This document shows positions 40,345 to 47,088 of a stretch of 47,088 nt of DNA, piece by piece. The notes beneath the pieces were generated by a model, which saw nothing but the letters and a program-made list of their open reading frames with translations, ran no database searches and was not told the DNA's origin. Source of the stretch: Hominilimicola sp. (GTDB lineage: Bacteria; Bacillota; Clostridia; UBA1381); NCBI GenBank assembly GCA_051877355.1, contig JBJEIU010000181.1, positions 1 through 47,088 on the forward strand, in the 5' to 3' direction. Each line of letters opens with the position of its first letter. The stretch's first letter is position 1. The position numbers were made by a program, and so were the translations under genes.

Positions 40345-41185
40345 AGCCAACACTCCAATCCGTATCATTCAGATTTACGCCATACATAAACTGCGGCGTA
40401 AAGGATATGCTAAAATTAAGAGTATCTGAATTTGAATTTCCGATATACAGCACATTATCTCCGGGCAGCAGTTCGGGGAAAGCGCCCGAAACCATCACGT
40501 TTCCCTTTGCGTTTGTCACTGTCTGCTTTTCGCAGTCCACTACCGCGTCACCGTCCGCATTAAAGTCAAGTGTTCTTCCGTTCATACGCAGCGTCATGGC
40601 GGACGCATTGCCTGTTATGGAGATAACGGGGCTTATAGGTCTTTCCCCAAAATTAACTATATGCCTGCTCTGTCCGTTTGCCGCGCTGAATATATAAAGC
40701 TCATCAAAATCAATGGGAATTGTATCATCAAGATATACCGCATCTGTATCAAGCAGCGGTCCATCAGTTCCAAAGGTGCATGAGCCAAAAGGCTTTACAC
40801 GGAATGATACCTCCAGCACCGCCTTTCTGCCATCATGCTCAGGCATATAAATAATTTCATCAGTTATTTTGCCGTGCCACACCACAAGCGGTATATCGTC
40901 AAAAATAAGATTGCCTCTACCTGTAAGCCAGCGCGAAAGCTCCATAAGCTTTCTCTGCATTTTCGTCAGGCTTTGAGCATACAGACTGAGCGTAACAACA
41001 AAAGTCCTTTCATAAAAATGCTCGCGTCCATCAGGATTTGACAAGGAAAAGTCATATTCACCGTCACGGCAGGGCAAATCAACCGTAAAGTTCTTCGCCT
41101 CGGGACGTATCGGACGCGATTTTGTTCTGACCGTCACATCAAATTCTGATGAATGATGATCTTTGAATTTAAATCCGTTTCTCAT
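40337..41185 (-). CDS. Distal tail protein (Dit)
   Basis: GFKF...HS.EF, P.RDG.YD, WL.G.G.LIFDD.P, F.VKPF, FPEL.PG.N; follows TMP. Confidence 0.82.
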   Translation of the reverse strand: MRNGFKFKDHHSSEFDVTVRTKSRPIRPEAKNFTVDLPCRDGEYDFSLSNPDGREHFYERTFVVTLSLYAQSLTKMQRKLMELSRWLTGRGNLIFDDIPLVVWHGKITDEIIYMPEHDGRKAVLEVSFRVKPFGSCTFGTDGPLLDTDAVYLDDTIPIDFDELYIFSAANGQSRHIVNFGERPISPVISITGNASAMTLRMNGRTLDFNADGDAVVDCEKQTVTNAKGNVMVSGAFPELLPGDNVLYIGNSNSDTLNFSISFTPQFMYGVNLNDTDWSVGYA

Positions 41186-41196
41186 TGTCTGCCTCC

Positions 41197-42948
41197 TTAA
41201 TAATAGCTACCATATGCAATGCTCAATCCCACTCTGTTTTTCAGTGCGTCAATAATATCCGCGCTGTTGCCGCTTATACTTATGTTTCTGTTGTCGCTGT
41301 AAGAGTTTGAAGATATGCTTATAGACTTTATAGCGCTTATAGTCTGAGCAAAAAGCGACGTGATCGTACTTTCCATACTCTCTATGTCACGGTTAATTCC
41401 ACTGACTATATTCTCAAGATTTATTCCCGATTTCTCAATGGTGGCAAGCAGATACTTCTTATTATCCTCAATAATATCGTAGTTTTCCTCTAAATCGGAA
41501 ATCGTTTGGGTGTGACTTTTCTGCATCTGATACATTTCTTCCTCACGTCTGATTTTCTTCATTTCCTCCTGAAGAGATTTATACTTGTCCATACCTCGCT
41601 GTGTGACAGCGCCCTTATATATGTCAAGCTGATGTGAAATTTCCGCCTTTGAGGCTGTTCTGTCCTGTACCTCCCATTTTTCGGAAAGCGCGTTTTCCTC
41701 GTCCTCAAACTGTTGCTTCAGATTGCTTATATACCGTTTCTGACTGTCAAGCAGCTTGTCAATCTCGTCCATTTTCGCTTTATACAAATTAAGCTGCGCC
41801 TCCATGCTGTCATCGCGGTATTCCTGCCAGCCCACAAATCCGCCGTCATACATCTGCTGTATACGCTCAATACTGCGCTCATAGAATTTTACGGGACTGT
41901 CGCCCGCCTCCTCCCAGTCGTCATAGGTATCACGTATGTTTTTCCAGTTCTCCGCGTCGCTTTGCCATTTCTCATATACCGCATAATTCTTTTCGTTTTC
42001 AAGCTTGCCTATTTTCAGGTCTACACCTGCCTTATATTCATAGAAATCGTCCCAGATTTCCTTTATCTCCTCAGCGCTGTACTGCGTGGACACAATCATA
42101 TCCGACACCATAGCGTTGTAATTATAAAGCTGACGCTGATATGCGTCTATCTGCTCCTGAACGCCCATATCATTCACTTCCGTCTGATACTTTATCCATG
42201 TGTCGGAATTTCTTTTATAATCAGAAAGAGCCTCTTCGTTTGCCTGCTTTTCTGATTTTAGAATTTTTTCCTGTTCGGCGATTACCTTTTGCTGCGCGGC
42301 GAAAATCTCCTCCTCAATTTCCTTTACGACTTCACTGTCATAGCTGAACTGCTCCATGAGCCTGTTCCACCATTCCAATTCCTCCGCAGGCGACATATTA
42401 TGCGTCTTTTTATAATGGTTAAGGTCAGCCTTTTCAATCTCAAACCACTCGTTATTCTTTCCGGAAGCATAATGCGGCAGACCAAGACCTGTCATTATAC
42501 TCTTTGTTTCCGCGGCTGTATATACCCTGTCTCCCGACGAGAGCGGAACGACAACGTCACGCCCCGAAAACATCATAAGCCGTCCGTTATGCTCAATAAG
42601 CTCCCTTGGGTCGCCAACGCCCCTTTCGTCATTTACAACGGCAAGTCCCTCATGGGCATTACGCGTACCTGCCGCAAGATTTGGCATCCCCGACACGTTA
42701 TACTTTACGGAAATAGTCACAGTCTTATCTTGAAGACTGTTTATATTCGCCCGCGCGCTGTTTACGCCGGCGGCAGTTTCATCAGCCGCGCTGATTTTTA
42801 TCTGCGCCTCTTTTCCGTCAAAATCATTCATTATTGTTCCAGCTGATATATTTAGATTTGTAAGCGCGGCATTCGCACTGTTAAGGGAGTCAATAAGCCC
42901 CGACGCATCGCCTGTAATACTTACCGAAAGATTGGCAGCCTCTGCCAT
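41197..42948 (-). CDS. Short tape-measure-like protein (583 aa)
   Basis: TMP-like N-terminus L.V.I.GD.SG; AAGT/YASG motifs; helical C-half; sits between chaperone and Dit. Confidence 0.75.
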   Translation of the reverse strand: MAEAANLSVSITGDASGLIDSLNSANAALTNLNISAGTIMNDFDGKEAQIKISAADETAAGVNSARANINSLQDKTVTISVKYNVSGMPNLAAGTRNAHEGLAVVNDERGVGDPRELIEHNGRLMMFSGRDVVVPLSSGDRVYTAAETKSIMTGLGLPHYASGKNNEWFEIEKADLNHYKKTHNMSPAEELEWWNRLMEQFSYDSEVVKEIEEEIFAAQQKVIAEQEKILKSEKQANEEALSDYKRNSDTWIKYQTEVNDMGVQEQIDAYQRQLYNYNAMVSDMIVSTQYSAEEIKEIWDDFYEYKAGVDLKIGKLENEKNYAVYEKWQSDAENWKNIRDTYDDWEEAGDSPVKFYERSIERIQQMYDGGFVGWQEYRDDSMEAQLNLYKAKMDEIDKLLDSQKRYISNLKQQFEDEENALSEKWEVQDRTASKAEISHQLDIYKGAVTQRGMDKYKSLQEEMKKIRREEEMYQMQKSHTQTISDLEENYDIIEDNKKYLLATIEKSGINLENIVSGINRDIESMESTITSLFAQTISAIKSISISSNSYSDNRNISISGNSADIIDALKNRVGLSIAYGSYY

Positions 42949-42950
42949 AG

Positions 42951-43142
42951 CTATACCTCCTCTCCGTAGAACATTCTAAGATGTTCATCAGTATATTCCT
43001 CCGTGTCCTCCTCAAGACCGTCCAGCAGTCTGAAAAGCACCCACGGATTTTGCCTGCCCACTGCGTCAGGCAGCAGATGGTGACACTTCAGGAGTAAAGG
43101 ATATATGTCCCGAAGCGCCCCGCTGCCGCCTGACGTTACTCG
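42951..43142 (-). CDS. -1 frameshift extension of tail assembly chaperone (gpGT-like)
   Basis: Slippery A AAA AAC (43142-43148) then open -1 frame RVTSGGSGALRDIYPLLL...RMFYGEEV*, stop 2 nt before TMP ATG. Confidence 0.8.
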   Translation of the reverse strand, partial: RVTSGGSGALRDIYPLLLKCHHLLPDAVGRQNPWVLFRLLDGLEEDTEEYTDEHLRMFYGEEV

Positions 43143-43405
43143 TTTTTTGAGGACAGCGCATCAACATAGAAGCCCCATAATGTGATACACATTTTTGACC
43201 GCTCGCTTATGTCAAGGGAATTGATAACGTCCTGCGTAGCTTCCGTTCCCTCGAACATATAATCCACCGCGTCACGGCAGATATTAAGCGGACCTTTTTT
43301 TGTATCGTCATTATGAGCGTCATTTATTATACACATCGCTTCAAAGTCAAATGGCTTTGAAACGTATTTTGTTTTATCCTTTGTAAATGTCAATGTATGC
43401 TGCAT
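43136..43405 (-). CDS. Tail assembly chaperone (gpG-like)
   Basis: 89 aa between tail tube and TMP; ends ...SKNE on a slippery heptamer. Confidence 0.8.
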   Translation of the reverse strand: MQHTLTFTKDKTKYVSKPFDFEAMCIINDAHNDDTKKGPLNICRDAVDYMFEGTEATQDVINSLDISERSKMCITLWGFYVDALSSKNE

Positions 43406-43418
43406 ATTTTATCTCCTT

Positions 43419-44018
43419 TTACGCTGTCTGCGGATAATAATTCATATCCGTAAACCATGCTTCCTCAAACGTCTCACGTGTTAAGCCCTCGGGCAGGTCG
43501 CTTTCGTCAAAGTACGCGTAATAATTGTTGTCAAAATCACGCTGTACGGCTGTATATGTAGCCTTTGCGGTCTGCTTGTCAACAGAGCCGCTTGACGGCT
43601 TTGTCTTGCCGCCCACGTTTGACGCGAAGCTGTATGAGCCCTTATAATATCTGACATAGCGGTATGAGCCGTCAGACTTAAGAATTCTCCATGCCACACC
43701 GAAGTAGACAGTCTTTGTGTCGTTGCCCACCTCGACAACGCCGTTTTTCTGCTCAAGTCCGCGCCACAGCGCGTCAACCTCCGGCGGAATATCGGCATTT
43801 GTGATGTCGTGACCAAGCTTTTCAATATAGCTTGATGTTTCGTACGCGCCGTTGTCCGCGTCAAAAATGTCAGAGCCGCCCGCGTCTGTGGGCGCAATCT
43901 CAACTGTACCTTTCAGATTATAGGGCGCGTCATACGTTGCGCCCTCAGCGGTGTCTGTAAGCACCTTGAAAAAGGTATACTTGTCCACACCAATTGTTGG
44001 TAAAGGTTTCTTTGTCAT
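43419..44018 (-). CDS. Major tail (tube) protein
   Basis: 199 aa, IGV, ADNG.YE, YFGVAW....DG.YRY..YYKG, W.F near C-terminus (phi13-like siphovirus MTP pattern). Confidence 0.85.
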   Translation of the reverse strand: MTKKPLPTIGVDKYTFFKVLTDTAEGATYDAPYNLKGTVEIAPTDAGGSDIFDADNGAYETSSYIEKLGHDITNADIPPEVDALWRGLEQKNGVVEVGNDTKTVYFGVAWRILKSDGSYRYVRYYKGSYSFASNVGGKTKPSSGSVDKQTAKATYTAVQRDFDNNYYAYFDESDLPEGLTRETFEEAWFTDMNYYPQTA

Positions 44019-44035
44019 AAATTTCCTCCGTTCCT

Positions 44036-44135
44036 GACTTCCATAAATACGCTGAATACTTCGTTAAACGAAGCTTGAAGTATACAAAATACGTCTGCGC
44101 TCCGTTTGCCTTGTCTCAGCGAATTTCTGAAAGCC
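44036..44135. repeat. 100-bp imperfect palindromic REP/MITE-like element
   Basis: Outer arms GACTTCCATAAATACGCTGAA / CTCAGCGAATTTCTGAAAGCC; inner arms AAACGAAGC / GCTCCGTTT; innermost GTAT / ATAC. Confidence 0.6.
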
Positions 44136-44181
44136 ATATATACTAATTTGTTGTTTCGTCTTAAGGTCGGATTTTCGTTTT

Positions 44182-44523
44182 TTACAAGCTAAAATACTTC
44201 TGAAATCTCATAGTTCTGTGATAAATTTTATCATTCTTTTTCGGGACGTCCATGGACATTTCCCTTGTCCAGCCGTCCCTTTCCATTGCGTCGTTTACCT
44301 TTATTGAAAGCTCACCGCACTCCTTTGGAATATCTGACCATATATCCACCTGAACATATCCGTTTTGGATACATTCGCTGTTGTCGGCAAAAAATGCGCC
44401 GCACTCCGTTACATTGTAATAGCTTATAACGGGAAGATTGGTAAAGCGTTCGGGATACTGGTATACAAGCGTACAATCAATGGCGGACAATGCCTTTTCC
44501 GCTTCAATATTAACGTCAATCAT
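44182..44523 (-). CDS. Tail terminator / completion protein
   Basis: 113 aa, P.ISYY, VQVDIW, V..AM...GW.R, HRTMRF; precedes MTP. Confidence 0.75.
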   Translation of the reverse strand: MIDVNIEAEKALSAIDCTLVYQYPERFTNLPVISYYNVTECGAFFADNSECIQNGYVQVDIWSDIPKECGELSIKVNDAMERDGWTREMSMDVPKKNDKIYHRTMRFQKYFSL

Positions 44524-44544
44524 GCAAATCCCTCCTTAGCATAT

Positions 44545-44877
44545 TCAGCCTATTGCCGCAGCAATCGCATCCGCCATTGCGGCAAGGACAGCGTTGCTGT
44601 TTCCTATAAGCGACGGCACAAGGTATGGCTGCGGCGCCATTTGTGACGTGCCAAACTCCACATATGCGGCGTAATCGGTGCTGGCGGAAATTTCCGCCCT
44701 GTTGCCCTCCGTACTGGTGCTTATAGAGTCACGCAGTGCGCCTGTATCCACAGGGCATATTGATTTTGCGTTCTCGCATACCGCGTCTGCGCCGGCGGCG
44801 ATTATTTCACTTATGCTGCCCTCTATCCTCTGCGCCGCCTCCGCCAGACCGTTATCATATGAAATACTAACATTCAT
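44545..44877 (-). CDS. HK97 gp10-like neck/tail component
   Basis: AK..CPVDTGALRDSI, YAAYVEFGT..MAPQPYL.P; start ATG 44877. Confidence 0.88.
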   Translation of the reverse strand: MNVSISYDNGLAEAAQRIEGSISEIIAAGADAVCENAKSICPVDTGALRDSISTSTEGNRAEISASTDYAAYVEFGTSQMAPQPYLVPSLIGNSNAVLAAMADAIAAAIG

Positions 44878-45184
44878 TTTCCACACCCCGCATTACAACC
44901 GTCATGCCAAATGACCATATTTCTGTCTTAACAATCATATACCATGCGCCGCCGAAGGACACATATCTGCCGTTTTTCATAAGGTCGGTTTTGTCGCAGT
45001 ACAGCTTGTAGCTTCTGCTCTCGTCAAGACCGTATGTTTTGCTTTCCGTATCGTCCGAACAGGGCTGAATGTCGCATATCACATTTCCGAGCAGTGTTTT
45101 TTCGCCCTTTGCGTCATAGCTGTTTTCGCCCTGCTCGTATACAGCTATTTCCGTATCGTAAAATCTGTTAAACGGATTTATCAT
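44867..45184 (-). CDS. Head-closure (stopper) protein
   Basis: ~105 aa beta-rich, CDIQP...YG, position after adaptor; start ATG 45184 after AGGAGG. Confidence 0.65.
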   Translation of the reverse strand: MINPFNRFYDTEIAVYEQGENSYDAKGEKTLLGNVICDIQPCSDDTESKTYGLDESRSYKLYCDKTDLMKNGRYVSFGGAWYMIVKTEIWSFGMTVVMRGVENEC

Positions 45185-45539
45185 TGCTCTCCTCCTCTGC
45201 TTCAAGGTCGGACGGCACTTTGACCTGACGGCTTACAAAGGGCCTTAACCGCGCCGCATACGCACTGAGGAAATCGTAATTCTCCTCGCAGTATTCCACA
45301 CGTCTTTCGCCCTCCGTAATTGATTTAACGCCCGCGTTTTTATTGCCCGCAAAACGCTCCGCCACAAGCGTCGGGATAAAGCTTACAAGCTGACGAGGAA
45401 GCACCTCCAGACGGCAATAGGAAAGCACCGCATCCGTCACTTCATCAATCAGAAGCATGATGAGCTTATCACTTTCATCGTTCTCTATTCCCAGAAGCAC
45501 CTTTGACGCTTCCAGAATTTCCGTTTTAGTGTCCCCCAT
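45168..45539 (-). CDS. Head-tail connector (SPP1 gp15-like adaptor)
   Basis: K.LLGI..D, V.SYC....LP..L, VKSITEGER.V.Y. Confidence 0.82.
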   Translation of the reverse strand: MGDTKTEILEASKVLLGIENDESDKLIMLLIDEVTDAVLSYCRLEVLPRQLVSFIPTLVAERFAGNKNAGVKSITEGERRVEYCEENYDFLSAYAARLRPFVSRQVKVPSDLEAEEESNDKSV

Positions 45540-45565
45540 AATATTTCACAGCCTTTCTTTAAGAA

Positions 45566-46405
45566 TTATTCGCCGTCACTTTCAGTTGTGGCGTTCTTGA
45601 ACACATAAATTGCGTCTTTCTTGTTATCAAGCACAAAAGCGTCATAATAAACTCTGCCCTCAACAAGCCAGCCGTTGATGCCCGGAGGATTGTCGTGGAT
45701 TTTGTATTCCGAAAGCTTTACAGGCGCAGTTGTGGCAGCCTGATTTGTGATAATAAATTCCACACCTTCGGGGAAATATGACTTCGGCACAACTATTACC
45801 GGAATACCATCGATAGTGCCGACTTGACCCTTAATCAGAATATCCTGCGACATATCGCCGTTTCTGATAAAGCTTGAATCCTCCTTGATGTTCTTATAAA
45901 AATTGCTTGACACGAACGCAGTGCAGCCTGTAAGCGGCACATTGTTTTCGATAAGTTCACTCGCGCCCGTAAGGAACGCGTCATAAGCGGTTGTCTTTGA
46001 GATTGTGCCCGTTATAGTAGTGCCCGCGCCCTCAACGATTTTTCCGAAACGGTACTTGTCAATTTCGGGTATTACCACCTCACGAAGCTGTCTCTGCAAC
46101 GCCGCGCCTGCCGCGTTTGACATCTGGGTATCGTTGTATGTTCCTCTGTCAATGGTGAACGTAAAGCTTCTGTCCATTGACATTGTAAGCTCCTGAACAG
46201 TGTTGTCAAGTTCCTCAGGAGTTCCGTAACGGCTTGTGCCGGTAACAGAATAATCATTCATCGGCGCTGTCGGCACGCTGTACACGTTAACCGTCTTTAC
46301 GCCCACAAAATCATAATCGTTGTTAACCGCAGGCGAGGTCATTGACTCTCTCGTGAATTTTTCATCAATTTTCTGAGCATATTTGCTCGCATAGTTTATT
46401 GCCAT
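45566..46405 (-). CDS. Major capsid protein (N4-gp56/P22-coat-like family)
   Basis: INYA.KY...IDE.F, F.GVKTV.V, DRSFTFTID, VIPEIDKYR, G.IDG, PPGINGWLVEGR.YYDAFVL. Confidence 0.88.
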   Translation of the reverse strand: MAINYASKYAQKIDEKFTRESMTSPAVNNDYDFVGVKTVNVYSVPTAPMNDYSVTGTSRYGTPEELDNTVQELTMSMDRSFTFTIDRGTYNDTQMSNAAGAALQRQLREVVIPEIDKYRFGKIVEGAGTTITGTISKTTAYDAFLTGASELIENNVPLTGCTAFVSSNFYKNIKEDSSFIRNGDMSQDILIKGQVGTIDGIPVIVVPKSYFPEGVEFIITNQAATTAPVKLSEYKIHDNPPGINGWLVEGRVYYDAFVLDNKKDAIYVFKNATTESDGE

Positions 46406-46431
46406 TTATATCAATCCTTTCCTTTTATCAA

Positions 46432-46980
46432 TTACATTCCCAGACCGTTTAAAAACGGGTCGCTTACCTGTTCCTTTTCTGTTGAAACCTTTGGCAGCGT
46501 GCCTTTAAGACGCTGGGAAAGTCCCGCCTCAATCGCTTTCATGTATTCCGCCTTAAATGACGCAATGTTTTCAAGCATTGTTTCTTTGTCGGCGTCGGCA
46601 ACCATTCTCGAAAAGTTTACGGGAAGGTTCTGCGCGGCAAGCTCCTTTGCCGCTTCAAATTCAGCTCTTTCGCTGACATACTGCTGCCTTTCCGTTTCAA
46701 AGTCCTTCTGACGTCTTTCCATTTCAACTCTGGCTCTTTCCTCTGAGGACATTGTGGCAAGCTTTGCCGCATCCTCGCGCTCTGAGGCAATTCTCGTTTC
46801 AACGTCCTTATCCCATGAGGACTTTGCTTCATTTAACGCCTCGTCTACATAGCGGGCAATGAGGGATTTTAATTCTTCGTTTTCCTGTCCCTCATTTTTT
46901 TCGGGAACATCGTTTTTGTGTCCCTGATTTCCCTTTAGAGACTCATCTTTTAGTGTCCCCTCATTCTTTTTCTCGTACAT
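46432..46980 (-). CDS. Capsid scaffolding protein (DUF4355-like)
   Basis: Charged helical protein, AKLA.MS.EER, L...LP..F, RLKG..P, DPFL.GL; directly upstream of MCP. Confidence 0.82.
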   Translation of the reverse strand: MYEKKNEGTLKDESLKGNQGHKNDVPEKNEGQENEELKSLIARYVDEALNEAKSSWDKDVETRIASEREDAAKLATMSSEERARVEMERRQKDFETERQQYVSERAEFEAAKELAAQNLPVNFSRMVADADKETMLENIASFKAEYMKAIEAGLSQRLKGTLPKVSTEKEQVSDPFLNGLGM

Positions 46981-47013
46981 GTTTCTGCTCCTTTCTTTTG
47001 TGCATAGAATAAA

Positions 47014-47042
47014 TTGTTATGACTTTTACTGTCCCTTTATTC
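47014..47042 (-). promoter_or_regulatory. SigmaE-like promoter upstream of scaffold gene
   Basis: GAATAAA-N14-CATAACAA(T), same layout as at 20014-20042 and 24580-24609. Confidence 0.35.
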
Positions 47043-47088
47043 CTGTGTACTTCCTATTTTTTCGTTAAGCATACGTTCCCTCGCCGCA
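47037..47088 (-). CDS. C-terminal end of upstream gene, probably portal protein (partial)
   Basis: Open frame ...AARERMLNEKIGSTQE*; identity inferred from position only. Confidence 0.4.
   Translation of the reverse strand, partial: AARERMLNEKIGSTQE

Larger units (their letters stand above)
37661..47088 (-). mobile_element. Siphovirus-type head-tail-lysis gene module (prophage remnant or domesticated GTA-like element), extends beyond window
   Basis: Co-oriented genes in canonical order scaffold-capsid-connectors-tail tube-chaperone-TMP-Dit-Tal-holin-amidase. Confidence 0.9.

Noticed and set aside
37661-47088. Tailocin (phage-tail bacteriocin) interpretation
   Set aside because: Capsid, scaffold and head-tail joining genes are present, and there is no sheath or receptor-binding fibre

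Overview
Chromosomal window from a spore-forming Clostridia-class bacterium, probably a pectin-degrading gut/rumen lineage (inferred from gene content). Left to right: a minus-strand cell shape/division cluster (zapA, U32 peptidase, maf, mreBCD, PBP2, partial minC); a carbohydrate ABC transporter with a long GH105; a PadR/membrane protein/secreted HExxH peptidase operon; secG; a GT2; a Zn-finger Clp ATPase; DUF1540; a radical SAM protein; SSB; a secreted protein; GDPD; a GH112 phosphorylase; valS; rhaA; and a pan operon ending in GH88. The last ~9.4 kb is a compact, apparently intact siphovirus head-tail-lysis module. It has no MuF or receptor-binding gene, a short tape measure and an intact -1 chaperone frameshift. 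It also carries a host-type palindromic insertion and sporulation-sigma-like promoters (sigmaK-like before the amidase, sigmaE-like before the scaffold). The main hypothesis is a domesticated, sporulation-coupled phage particle (GTA-like), but the module runs off the window, so an ordinary prophage is not excluded. Other signals are an exact 12-mer (GGGGACACTAAA) found five times, all on one strand, and a 53-aa membrane microprotein missing from the ORF track. No rRNA, tRNA, CRISPR array or transposase was seen. Family calls come from motif recognition, not database searches.
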